From: Thermoplasmatota archaeon
GTDB taxonomy: Archaea; Thermoplasmatota; Penumbrarchaeia; Penumbrarchaeales; Penumbrarchaeaceae
Length of the DNA stretch: 41,165 bases
Direction of reading: 5' to 3'
NCBI GenBank assembly: GCA_965234725.1
Contig: CBDDUX010000059.1
Coordinates: 1 to 41,165, forward strand
The notes beneath the pieces were generated by a model, which did not search any database, was not told the origin of the DNA, and saw only the letters and a list, made by a program, of their open reading frames with translations. Shown here in pieces: positions 9,636 to 19,098 of this stretch (position 1 is the first letter of the stretch; each line of letters starts with the position of its first letter). A program made the translations under genes and the position numbers.

Positions 9636-10640
9636 ATGAATGCAAAAAGTGCAGTGATCTCACTTATTGCCATCAAACCTCTTCCCCTTAAGGAACTGGT
9701 AAAGAGATTTCCGTATTCACCGCCGATGATCTACAAGACGGTAAGATTTCTTGAGAAAGAAGGCCTGATCAAGATCAGCGAAGGCTTGATTATCACTGGA
9801 GATGGGTTCGAAGCCAATAAGATCGCTGAGATCCATGTTGCATCTCTGATCCATGGTATCGATCCCGAATTCCTTATGCGGGATAGTACTCTAACGATCT
9901 GGAAGATAATTGAAGAAAATAGAACCATCAGAGAGATCCAGGATAGGTCTGGTTACTCCCATGTAACAGTGAAAAAGGTTCTGTCATTTCTTGAAAGGAA
10001 CGGAATCGTATCTTTTCTAAAAAGAAAGCCAATCATTGTAATCAGGAATTCAACAGATCCCATAAACAGGCTCCTTGAATCTCTTACCATGGAATCAAAG
10101 GAAAAGGATACATTTCACTATCAGGGAACCATTCCTTTCAGTGAAAGTTATATGAAACCTGATGAGGTCGAAAGGGTCCTGTTCGAGAGGATCGAAAAAG
10201 GGATTTCCATCAGGGATACCGGTTTTCTCGTCAAAGATGAAAAGGGGGATATTTCCATTATCGAGAGCATCGAAAAGGACCTTTCACTTGAAGAGATATT
10301 TCTCAAGAAGTTAATGACAACGGAAGGGGTTGAGGACCTCTGCATCAGGATGTTAAGGTCCAATGAGATGAACCTGGATGAATTGGTGAAAATATCCATT
10401 GATAAGGGTATGAGTTCGATCCTGGGTTGTTACCTTGATATATTGAATGATCTCGTTAACCTTTATCCCGAGGATATTATACTGAAATTGGAGAAATATA
10501 TTCCTAAGAAGAGAAAGAAATTCCTGAGGGAGGAAGAACCTTACGGTAAGAATGGATGGGAAGATAAGTATGAAAACAAATGGAATCTGGATCTTTATCT
10601 TGACATTGATGCGATCAAACACGGGGTCAGATCATCATGA
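9636..10640 (+). CDS. Tandem winged-HTH protein, putative antitoxin/regulator of the downstream nucleotidyltransferase
   Basis: Two HTH-like segments (LKELVKRFPYSPPMIYKTVRFLEKEGLI; IREIQDRSGYSHVTVKKVLSFLERNGIV); ATGA overlap with the next gene. Confidence 0.6.
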   Translation: MNAKSAVISLIAIKPLPLKELVKRFPYSPPMIYKTVRFLEKEGLIKISEGLIITGDGFEANKIAEIHVASLIHGIDPEFLMRDSTLTIWKIIEENRTIREIQDRSGYSHVTVKKVLSFLERNGIVSFLKRKPIIVIRNSTDPINRLLESLTMESKEKDTFHYQGTIPFSESYMKPDEVERVLFERIEKGISIRDTGFLVKDEKGDISIIESIEKDLSLEEIFLKKLMTTEGVEDLCIRMLRSNEMNLDELVKISIDKGMSSILGCYLDILNDLVNLYPEDIILKLEKYIPKKRKKFLREEEPYGKNGWEDKYENKWNLDLYLDIDAIKHGVRSS

Positions 10641-11380
10641 ACATCGAACAGTTCCCTGAGGCAATAAAGAATGATATTGAGGATCAGAGTCTCTCTATAT
10701 TGGAACTTATAATGGAGGATATCGTTGTTATCGGGGGTTGGGCGGTCAGAGCGCATCTTGGAAAAGATCATCATAGATATACCCTTGATGTGGATGGAGT
10801 GACGGATAGGCATACTCTTGTCAAAGTTCAAGGGAAGTTGGAAAGTGTCGGCTTTGATACCAGAAAACCGGAATGGGGGATTCAGTTCCTGAAACCATAT
10901 GAACCCAGTTTTAAGATACCGATTTACCTTGAAAATGAAGTTAAGGATACTCAGATCAGGATAGAGATATCTGAACCAAGGATCTTTGAATCCAATTCTC
11001 CACATTATTTTGAATTCAGTCTTACGGATCATATCACAAGACAGATACCCTATCACAATTCTGACAGGAGTGTAAGGACAAAGGTTCCTCCGATAGAGCA
11101 TATGACTGCAGTGAAATTAGGCCTTCCAGTTGATTACAAGAACAATCATGATGCAGCCATGCTACTAGAAAGAAGTGACATTGAAGGTGTTGTAAAAATA
11201 ATCCTTGAAAATGACGACTGGAAAAATATGGTATTGAGAAGATTACCCAAGTTGAAAGGGAGGATATCACAGATTGGTCAACTGGAGAATACTCTTGCCC
11301 TTGCTGCAGGCCTCAATATAAAGGAGCATATCCAAAGACTGAATATTATTGAAAATGCCTTGTTGAACCATGAAAAATAA
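10637..11380 (+). CDS. Pol-beta superfamily nucleotidyltransferase (AbiEii-like toxin candidate)
   Basis: VVIGGWAV...RYTLDVD motif; C-terminal K...KNNHD. Confidence 0.7.
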   Translation: MNIEQFPEAIKNDIEDQSLSILELIMEDIVVIGGWAVRAHLGKDHHRYTLDVDGVTDRHTLVKVQGKLESVGFDTRKPEWGIQFLKPYEPSFKIPIYLENEVKDTQIRIEISEPRIFESNSPHYFEFSLTDHITRQIPYHNSDRSVRTKVPPIEHMTAVKLGLPVDYKNNHDAAMLLERSDIEGVVKIILENDDWKNMVLRRLPKLKGRISQIGQLENTLALAAGLNIKEHIQRLNIIENALLNHEK

Positions 11381-11645
11381 TTAATGTTCAGGCCATAATA
11401 TCCATATAATTCCAGATAATACAAGAACCTTGATAATGAGGAAATAATGAAAAAAGAGAAGTTGATATCAAAATACTTTTTGAGGACCTGAAAAGTAATT
11501 TGAATTGGTCTAATTACTGTTAACAGTATTATTAGATGTTTGAATTACTATTTGATTGATTGAATATTACTCTGGTTTCTTCTTTTATTGTGTAATCACA
11601 GGATTATAATAATTGTAGAAAGATTTAAATACTATTCTCATCAAT

Positions 11646-11683
11646 ATACACCATCCTTAACAGATTTGATAAGTATGGTGTAT
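11646..11683. promoter_or_regulatory. 17-bp imperfect inverted repeat overlapping the AbiEi start, candidate autorepression operator
   Basis: ATACACCATCCTTAACA-gatt-TGATAAGTATGGTGTAT (15/17 complementary), downstream of TTTAAATA. Confidence 0.6.
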
Positions 11684-12443
11684 GCAGATGAGAAATCAAT
11701 TCCTCGATTCAATCATAAGGAATGGTTCGACCTTTACATTTGATGAAGCTATAAGGAATTCCAATATCACAAGGGAATCACTATATGTTCTTCTTCATCG
11801 AATGGAAAATGATGGGATCATAGAGAGAGTTGAAAGGGGAGCATATATCATAATACCAAGGGGTACAGAAAAGGGGAAATTTTCACCTCATGAATTCTTG
11901 ATCGGCAAATTGTTGATAGATCCTTCAGTTATTTCGTTCTGGAGTGCACTTAATTATCATGGACTAACAGAACAGATTCCAAGTACGGTCTTCATTCAAT
12001 CTACAAAAAGAAAAAAAAACTCTAATCCTCAAGTTTTTGGGATCACTTACAGGATAATCACTGTCGATGAAAGAAAGTTATTCGGATTAAAAAACATCTG
12101 GATTGAGCAGGAAAAGGTCAAGATAACCGATGTTGAAAAAACAATTGTTGATTGTCTTCACAGACCGGATCTATGCGGAGGCATCATTGAGGTGGCAAAG
12201 GGACTCAGGGAAAGGACCTTCGACAGAGAAAGGATCGCAGATTATGCATTAAAGATGGAAAATACTGGTGTCATCAGAAGACTTGGTTACCTTTCTGACC
12301 TGATGGACCTTGGTATTCCGTTGGATCCGATTGATACAAGGAATTACCTGTCCCTTGATCCAACAATGCCTGAATCGATAAGAAGGTCCTCCAAATGGAG
12401 ACTGATTGCGAACCTTGAAGATGAGGATTTATTTGGTGAATGA
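11682..12443 (+). CDS. abiEi: Type IV TA antitoxin, AbiEi family
   Basis: N-terminal wHTH (LHRMENDGIIERVERGAY), ISFWSALNYHGLTEQIP, TDVEKTIVDC, RRLGYL. Confidence 0.88.
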   Translation: MQMRNQFLDSIIRNGSTFTFDEAIRNSNITRESLYVLLHRMENDGIIERVERGAYIIIPRGTEKGKFSPHEFLIGKLLIDPSVISFWSALNYHGLTEQIPSTVFIQSTKRKKNSNPQVFGITYRIITVDERKLFGLKNIWIEQEKVKITDVEKTIVDCLHRPDLCGGIIEVAKGLRERTFDRERIADYALKMENTGVIRRLGYLSDLMDLGIPLDPIDTRNYLSLDPTMPESIRRSSKWRLIANLEDEDLFGE

Positions 12444-13215
12444 AATGAAAGATATCGAGATCAAAAAGATCGCAAGGAGCAAGGGGGTTCCTATATCCAC
12501 AATCGAAAGAGATGTAGCACAATCATTGATACTTGCATCACTAAAGGATGATAGACTGATATTCAAGGGAGGGACCTGCCTCCAGAAAATCTACATCAAG
12601 GATTACAGGTTCTCAGACGATCTGGACTTTACATTGACAGAAGAAGTCACCAAGGAGGAACTGGAATCAACTTTCAGTAGATCATGTGAAAAAGCTAATG
12701 AATTGAGCGGAATAGATTTCGAACTTGGTGAATTCGTTGAAATGAATAACGGACTTAAGGGGAAGATTGATTTTAGAATGGTATGGAAAGGAGGGAATCC
12801 TACCAAGATCAAATTGGATATATCTGACCATAAAAATGAATTGATCCTGATTCCCCCAATATTGAGACCTTTTATCATTGAAATGGAAGAGATCGAGGGA
12901 AAGATGATTTCCTGTTATGATCTTAAAGAGATAATTGCGGAAAAGGTGAGATCCCTTTTTCAAAGGACAAGACCCAGGGATCTGTTTGATGTTTGGTTTA
13001 TTTCTAGAAATATTGATTTATATTCGATAAGATCATTGATTAAAGAAAAATTCAACTTCAAATCAATTGAAATGAATATTGATCTATTCCTTATAAAAAG
13101 GGAATATTACAAGAGAGCATGGATGAATTCTCTCAAACATCAGATGAGGGATGTGCCCGATTTCGATTCAGTTTTCAATGATGTGACGGAAGAACTTGAA
13201 AAAGTTGCTAAATGA
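12436..13215 (+). CDS. abiEii: Type IV TA toxin, AbiEii nucleotidyltransferase
   Basis: IERD, LIFKGGTCLQKIY, RFSDDLDF, EIIAEKVRSL, RPRDLFD. Start is GTG 12436 or ATG 12445. Confidence 0.9.
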   Translation: MNEMKDIEIKKIARSKGVPISTIERDVAQSLILASLKDDRLIFKGGTCLQKIYIKDYRFSDDLDFTLTEEVTKEELESTFSRSCEKANELSGIDFELGEFVEMNNGLKGKIDFRMVWKGGNPTKIKLDISDHKNELILIPPILRPFIIEMEEIEGKMISCYDLKEIIAEKVRSLFQRTRPRDLFDVWFISRNIDLYSIRSLIKEKFNFKSIEMNIDLFLIKREYYKRAWMNSLKHQMRDVPDFDSVFNDVTEELEKVAK

Positions 13216-13222
13216 TTTTTAT

Positions 13223-13285
13223 TCAGGGTTCTTCTTTCTCCTTCTTCTTCCCTATCTCAACCAGTTTAAAAGTGTTCAGATACAT
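13223..13285 (-). pseudogene. Orphan duplicate of the 3' end of the PqqD-like gene
   Basis: 13244-13283 matches 16560-16599 at 36/40 nt; reads YLNTFKLVEIGKKKEKEEP* versus YLNTLKLVEIGKKIKK*. Confidence 0.8.
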
Positions 13286-13309
13286 ATCGGTCAACACAAT
13301 GACCGATAT
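13284..13309. repeat. Perfect 10-6-10 inverted repeat at the cassette junction
   Basis: ATATCGGTCA-ACACAA-TGACCGATAT. Confidence 0.75.
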
Positions 13310-13443
13310 CTATGCGATCAAAGATTATTGGTTTTAGCCCTGGATACCCAACTTTAAAATATGGTCAATAAGGGAAGAGAATCCAATGATATTGTAGATG
13401 AAATAAAAATGAGACCTATTCCTCTTTGGCGTTTTCTTTTAAT

Positions 13444-13580
13444 GGGGGTATCCACTTAGCTCCCAAAGACACATGAAATATGCAATTACAAAGAAAATTA
13501 TATAACAATATTATTTAGACAATATCTGCCTTTATATGCCATTATCTCTTAAAACTTTTAGGAGTAAAGTGGATACCCCC
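13444..13580. mobile_element. 137-bp MITE-like element with GGGGG-terminal inverted repeats and ~12-bp target duplication
   Basis: Left GGGGGTATCCACTTAGCTCCCAAA; right (reverse complement) GGGGGTATCCACTTTACTCCTAAA; flanks TTTTCTTTTAAT (13432-13443) and TTTTCTTTTAAA (13581-13592). Confidence 0.7.
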
Positions 13581-13825
13581 TTTTCTTTTAAATGGAGATT
13601 GAGATTAATATTGAATGAGAAGGATCTGTTGAAATCATGAACATTTGGTTTTAATCTTACTTTTACCTATAATAAATTCTGTCAAGCATTGAAAAGGATT
13701 ATAAACAATGATCTGGTTTTTTATTATTGTTACCCATTTTACCGAGAGGAAGTAAATGTGCCAGATTAGATCATCAGAAAATGCAAATGAAACTCTTACA
13801 AAGGATTCAGTAGGGGGATCTTGAG

Positions 13826-14569
13826 ATGAGCAGTCGTAGCTATTCTGATAGTACACTCAAGAAACTCTGGGGATTGAGCGGGAACAGATGTGCATTATGC
13901 AAAATTGAGACCATTATCACTATGATCGACGGAAAACCTGAACCAATTGCTGAAATGGCTCACATATCCGGTTTGAATCCGGATTCACCTCGTTATAATC
14001 CAGAAATGGAAGATAAAGAACGGAATTCCTATGAGAATATTATACTCCTATGTCCCACATGCCACGAAAAGGTTGATCGTGATGTTGAAAGATACACGGA
14101 GGAATTTCTGATCGGAAAAAAGGAAGAACATGAAAAATGGGTTGATAATAGGCTAACGATGGAACTACCAAATGTCACTTTTGAAGAGCTTGAAGTAATC
14201 ACCAAATACCTTCTAAACGCATCCTTCAGCCAACACAAAGAAGAACTTACGGTAATACCCCCGGAAGAAAAGATCATGAAGAATAATTTTTCCTTCAAGG
14301 TTTCTAATCATATATCCAGAGGTTTGATAGGTGTAAATCAGGTAAAGGATTATCTGAATAAAAATATCGATCCGGAATTCTCAGAAAGATTGAAGGCAGG
14401 TTTTATTGAAAAATATTTAGAATTAAAGAATAGGAAATTGAACGGTGATGATCTATTCTTCGAAATGCTGGATTTTGCATCAAATGGTTCTGCAGATTTC
14501 TCTAAGAAAGCTGCTGCGTTGACTGTATTGACATACTATTTTGAGATCTGTGAGGTGTTCGAAAAATGA
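13826..14569 (+). CDS. HNH nuclease fused to ABC-3C C-terminal domain (Lamassu LmuA-like effector)
   Basis: SGNRCALC, EMAHI, NIILLCPTCHEKVD (HNH); C-terminal LTYYFEICEVFEK. Confidence 0.8.
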   Translation: MSSRSYSDSTLKKLWGLSGNRCALCKIETIITMIDGKPEPIAEMAHISGLNPDSPRYNPEMEDKERNSYENIILLCPTCHEKVDRDVERYTEEFLIGKKEEHEKWVDNRLTMELPNVTFEELEVITKYLLNASFSQHKEELTVIPPEEKIMKNNFSFKVSNHISRGLIGVNQVKDYLNKNIDPEFSERLKAGFIEKYLELKNRKLNGDDLFFEMLDFASNGSADFSKKAAALTVLTYYFEICEVFEK

Positions 14570-14793
14570 TTCATCCAAACAAGACCATAGATCTCAAATA
14601 TTCCCTGATAGGAGTTGGTAGTATCCTTTTATCGGAATTAATAAAACCTCAGACGGTTTCCTCTCTTTGGGAGAATGTCAAGGAAATTGAAGAAGTGGGA
14701 AACTATGAGAAATATGTCCTTACACTGGATTTCCTATATTCCATCGATCTTATAAAAATGGAGAATGGCTTTATCGGGAGGGTGAATAATTGA
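14566..14793 (+). CDS. ABC-3C middle component (LmuC-like small protein)
   Basis: 75 aa; MIHPNK...TVSSLW...LTLDFLYSIDLI; 4-nt overlaps on both sides. Confidence 0.75.
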   Translation: MIHPNKTIDLKYSLIGVGSILLSELIKPQTVSSLWENVKEIEEVGNYEKYVLTLDFLYSIDLIKMENGFIGRVNN

Positions 14794-16538
14794 TACGAGG
14801 GATCAGATGTGATAAATCCACTTTCAAGGAGATTAAGTTCAAGAAAGGATTCAATATCATACTTGCTGATCGCACAATCGAATCATCCAAGAAGGATTCA
14901 AGGAATGGTCTTGGAAAGACAATGTTAATCGAGGTAATGGATTTTTGTCTTGGTTCCAAGTATAAAAAGGGGAATCCTTTGAAACAGGAAGAACTCAATG
15001 ACTGGACATTCACTTTGGACCTTACCTTGAATGATAATAATATATCTGTATCTAGGAATACATCTGATAATCAAAAGATATATATTGAAGGCGATTTCTC
15101 TTCATGGAATGTTGATATTAAAAGTGACTTAATTGGATCCTATATAAAAGTTGAAGATTGGAATATAATCTTAGGACAAGCTATGTTCGACCTGGAACCA
15201 TCCATGATTCAAGAAAAGTATTCCCCTACTTTCAGGTCATTAATTTCCTATCATATTAGGAGCTCAAGGAGATTGGCAGATTCTCCATTTCTCCAATATT
15301 CCCGACAACAAGAGTGGGATATCCAAGTAAATAATGCATACCTGTTGGGACTCAACTGGAAATATGCTAAAGAATTCCAATCATTGAGGGACCATAAGAA
15401 TATCATTGATAACCTGAAGAAAGCTTCAAAAGAGGGATTAATCTCAGGATATATAGGATCCATAGGGGAAATGGAAGCTGAAATAGTTGGATTATCTGAG
15501 AAGATCGAGAAATTCAGGTCCGACCTTGGATCATTCAAAGTTCACCCGCAATATGAGGACATTGAAAAAGAGGCAAATGAACTTACTAAAAGGATACACG
15601 AATTGGTAAATGAACGGATCAGCAATAAACAATTGATAGAAGCATATAAGAAATCTGTGTTTGAAGAAAAGGACATCACTAATGAAAAAGTTGAAGAGAT
15701 ATACAAAGAAGCTGGATTGATTTTTCCGGATCAATTGAAAAAAAGATTGGATGAGTTACTGGGATTCCATAAGAAAATAGTGATCAATCGAAGATCATAC
15801 CTAGAGACCGAAATTAAAAAATTTCAGTGGAGAATTGAAGAAGGGACAGAACTTATATCATCACTTTCAATGAAAAAAGCTGATCTTCTAAAAATATTGG
15901 AAAAACATGGTGCCCTTGAGGAATACAACCTGTTGCAAATAAATCTGATGAAATTTGAACAAGAGAAAATCGAACTTGAGGAGAGGATATCCAATCTTAG
16001 AAAGTTTGAAAAAGGTATTAGTGAAATCAAGATTAAAAAGCAGGAATTGCTGCAAAAAGCAAGAAGAGATCATGATGAAAGAAAATCCATAGTTGAAGTT
16101 GCGATAAGGCTTTTTAATAGCAATTCTGATTTCCTTTATTCAGAGCCTGGTTTGTTGTCCATAGATATCACAGAATCTGGATTTAAATACAATGTGGATA
16201 TTAAAAGAGCAGGAAGTCATGGAATTGACAAGATGAAAATATTCTGCTATGATATCATGATTAATCAACTCGAAACAAAAAAAGGGCATAAACCAGGTTT
16301 CCTCATTCATGACAGCACCCTATTCGATGGAGTAGATGAACGTCAAGTGGCAAAGGCCTTAGAACTTGCTGAACAGGAATCCATTGACAAGGGATTTCAG
16401 TATATTTGTACTCTCAACTCTGATGGCATCCCAAAAAAAGACCTTGATGAACAATTCATGATCAGGTTGAGAGAGTATACCAGAGCAAGATTCACAGATT
16501 CAACAGAAAATGGAGGTTTACTGGGAATCCGGTTTTAA
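14790..16538 (+). CDS. SMC-like ABC ATPase (DUF2326/LmuB-like)
   Basis: Walker A RNGLGKT, long coiled coil, degenerate signature GSHG, Walker B FLIHDS...DGVDERQ, FQYI; TTG start. Confidence 0.85.
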   Translation: MIRGIRCDKSTFKEIKFKKGFNIILADRTIESSKKDSRNGLGKTMLIEVMDFCLGSKYKKGNPLKQEELNDWTFTLDLTLNDNNISVSRNTSDNQKIYIEGDFSSWNVDIKSDLIGSYIKVEDWNIILGQAMFDLEPSMIQEKYSPTFRSLISYHIRSSRRLADSPFLQYSRQQEWDIQVNNAYLLGLNWKYAKEFQSLRDHKNIIDNLKKASKEGLISGYIGSIGEMEAEIVGLSEKIEKFRSDLGSFKVHPQYEDIEKEANELTKRIHELVNERISNKQLIEAYKKSVFEEKDITNEKVEEIYKEAGLIFPDQLKKRLDELLGFHKKIVINRRSYLETEIKKFQWRIEEGTELISSLSMKKADLLKILEKHGALEEYNLLQINLMKFEQEKIELEERISNLRKFEKGISEIKIKKQELLQKARRDHDERKSIVEVAIRLFNSNSDFLYSEPGLLSIDITESGFKYNVDIKRAGSHGIDKMKIFCYDIMINQLETKKGHKPGFLIHDSTLFDGVDERQVAKALELAEQESIDKGFQYICTLNSDGIPKKDLDEQFMIRLREYTRARFTDSTENGGLLGIRF

Positions 16539-16547
16539 TATTTTACA

Positions 16548-17081
16548 TCATTTCTTTATCTTCTTCCCTATCTCAACCAATTTCAATGTATTCAGATACG
16601 CAAGGAACTTGGACAATCTCGGATATAACGGCTCCACCTTATCCCCATGTCTCTCACGAAGGATTCTCCCTATCTCCCTGACATCCCTCTCCCCATCTAT
16701 ACAATCCCAAACGGTCCATCCCTGATCATCCAGTTTGATCTTCCTGGTGGTCCTCAACTTCAGGACCTTGGCAACCTTCTTCCCTTTATCAGACTCATAG
16801 ACGGGAGCTATCAGGAAATCTCCCTTCCTTTCAAGTTCATTCAACTTGAACGGAATGGCATCTAACAGATTCTCGATCCTGGGATCCCTTTTAACTGCCT
16901 CCCGGATAAGAGAGGGACGGTCCTCATCGTCCACATCGATCTTCATGTCATTGTAGATATCCTTGAAATGGTCCACTCTCTCCCCGATCATCTCATGGTC
17001 CGGTCTGGCCCACCAGGGTCTCTCCTTCTTCTTCCCGGGTCCTTTCTTACCACTTTCACCTTCCCCGGGGATCGGAATCAC
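16548..17081 (-). CDS. PqqD-family (RRE-like) protein with N-terminal extension
   Basis: IKLDDQGWTVWDCIDGERDVREI...EPLYPRLSKFL; overlaps the OPT stop. Confidence 0.75.
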   Translation of the reverse strand: MIPIPGEGESGKKGPGKKKERPWWARPDHEMIGERVDHFKDIYNDMKIDVDDEDRPSLIREAVKRDPRIENLLDAIPFKLNELERKGDFLIAPVYESDKGKKVAKVLKLRTTRKIKLDDQGWTVWDCIDGERDVREIGRILRERHGDKVEPLYPRLSKFLAYLNTLKLVEIGKKIKK

Positions 17082-19087
17082 TTCCTCTTGAACATACCGG
17101 AAAGGACCTGTCTACCCTGTGAAGAGGTTAGACCTCCCAGGTGTTCTCTGATCACCATGTAGACAATAATGAACATGATGAACAGGAGACCGAACATCCC
17201 CGGTATCGTGCTGGGGTTGTTGAAAAGAGCAATGGCTCCGGGTCCGCCTATTATAATTATCAAAGCCACAATGACACCAAGAACGGCTTCTCCGGCAACG
17301 AGACCGGCAGCAAACAACAAACCCTCATTGAATGTGGATTCCTTGTTCTCCTTCACAAGCTTGTCAGCCTGTTCCTTGGATAATCCAATGGTGTCGAACA
17401 ATCTTGTCTTGACAGAGATCCATCTCTCGGCTATGAATCCCAGGACCCCTCCAAGGAAAATGGGTGTCGTCAAGGTGAAGGGCAGATATATCCCGATGGC
17501 CACAGCCATTACCGGAAGCTTTCTCCAGATCAGGATCGCCGCAAGAACACAGCCGATCCCGAACATGAGGTAATTGAATTCCATCTCGAAGATCGCATAC
17601 ACGGTGGAGCCCATTATCACAGCCTGAGGAGAGGGAAGCGACGGAGAACCAATACCGTACGCTTTGGCAAGGAGGGCCACAATGAACGGTATGGCTATAG
17701 CTCCAACACCCACTCCCAGGAACCTGCCCCACTGGATCCTTATAGGTGTGGCACCAAGGATCTGGGCGGTCTTTAGCTCCTGCATGGAATCACCCGCTAT
17801 GGCAGCAGAACAACATACTACGGCAGCAACAAGAATGGTTGCCCCCATGCCCTCCGGACCTGCCAGATCAGAGATCCCTAATTTCGAGAGCAGGATAAGG
17901 ACGAAAGCGGTTATCACAAGGGTGGTGATGGTAACGGAAGATATCGGATTATTGGAAGATCCTACTATACCAGCAAGATATCCTGCGACCGCTGTGAAAA
18001 GGAAAGTGGCAATGAACATGATGAAGGTCAATATCAAAGATGTTACGGGTTCGTGGGTAATGAACAGATAGATACCAAATACAACTATGAACAGTATCGC
18101 AAGATAGATAACTGAAACATGGAAGTCCCTCTCGGTCCTTATCGGAGCTGGAGTATTGGCATCTCCCTTTCTACCACCAAGTGTCTGGGTAATTGACTGT
18201 TTCAACTGGGGCCACATCTTAATAAGTGTATAGATCCCACCTGTCAGAACGGCTCCGATACCTATCCATTTGGTCTCATCGAACCATAATGTATAGACAG
18301 CATCAATGGGATCACCCGCTGGCCATCCTTTGATGAAACCCACAAGTGGTATTCCTATGACCCATCCAAGGATACCGCCTGAGAACACGATCAGAGCTAT
18401 CTTGAACCCGATGATATAGCCCACACCCAAAAGCGCGGGGGAAACATTGACACCGCCGAAGAACCTGACCCTGCCCATGTTCAGAACACCCTCGACCTTC
18501 TCCTTCCACAAGGCCAGTCCGGATTCTGCTGATAACTTCATGAAACCGCCGACACCTGCGGCTATGGCTATGTAATAGATCCCTCTCCCACCCTTCTCCA
18601 TGGCCTTCAATACCTCTGCTGCGGCCACACCTTCCGGATAGGGGAGGTCCAGGTCCTCGATGAATACCTTTCGGAGGGGTATGGTAAAGAGTATACCGAA
18701 CAAACCCCCAATTAGAGCGATAACTATCATTATACTCAGGTTCTGGAAGGTGAACATGTCCTCCCATCCACCCGTACCTGTCATGGCATGGATCACAACC
18801 ATTGCAGGAAAGGTGAAGATAATACCCGCGGCAAGAGCTTCCCCTGCAACACCTATGTTCTTTGCCATATTGATCTCTAATATATTCCCTCTGAACAACT
18901 TCAATATCGCCAGTGCGAACACAAGTGATGGAATTGTTGCGGAAACCGTCATACCAACGAAGAGACCCAGGTAAGCGTTTGCGGCTCCCATGACAATGGT
19001 GATCGCCAAACCTACAAGTATCGCCTTGGTTGTGAATTCCGGAATGTCCTGGTCTGCTGGAACATACGGTTCGAAATCATCATCCAT
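17078..19087 (-). CDS. OPT-family oligopeptide transporter
   Basis: EFTTKA, NAYLGL.VGMTVSATIP, LPYPEGVAAAEVL, GSSNNPIS, GDSMQELKT, GATP..Q; many TM helices. Confidence 0.93.
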   Translation of the reverse strand: MDDDFEPYVPADQDIPEFTTKAILVGLAITIVMGAANAYLGLFVGMTVSATIPSLVFALAILKLFRGNILEINMAKNIGVAGEALAAGIIFTFPAMVVIHAMTGTGGWEDMFTFQNLSIMIVIALIGGLFGILFTIPLRKVFIEDLDLPYPEGVAAAEVLKAMEKGGRGIYYIAIAAGVGGFMKLSAESGLALWKEKVEGVLNMGRVRFFGGVNVSPALLGVGYIIGFKIALIVFSGGILGWVIGIPLVGFIKGWPAGDPIDAVYTLWFDETKWIGIGAVLTGGIYTLIKMWPQLKQSITQTLGGRKGDANTPAPIRTERDFHVSVIYLAILFIVVFGIYLFITHEPVTSLILTFIMFIATFLFTAVAGYLAGIVGSSNNPISSVTITTLVITAFVLILLSKLGISDLAGPEGMGATILVAAVVCCSAAIAGDSMQELKTAQILGATPIRIQWGRFLGVGVGAIAIPFIVALLAKAYGIGSPSLPSPQAVIMGSTVYAIFEMEFNYLMFGIGCVLAAILIWRKLPVMAVAIGIYLPFTLTTPIFLGGVLGFIAERWISVKTRLFDTIGLSKEQADKLVKENKESTFNEGLLFAAGLVAGEAVLGVIVALIIIIGGPGAIALFNNPSTIPGMFGLLFIMFIIVYMVIREHLGGLTSSQGRQVLSGMFKRK

Positions 19088-19098
19088 GTAATATCCCC

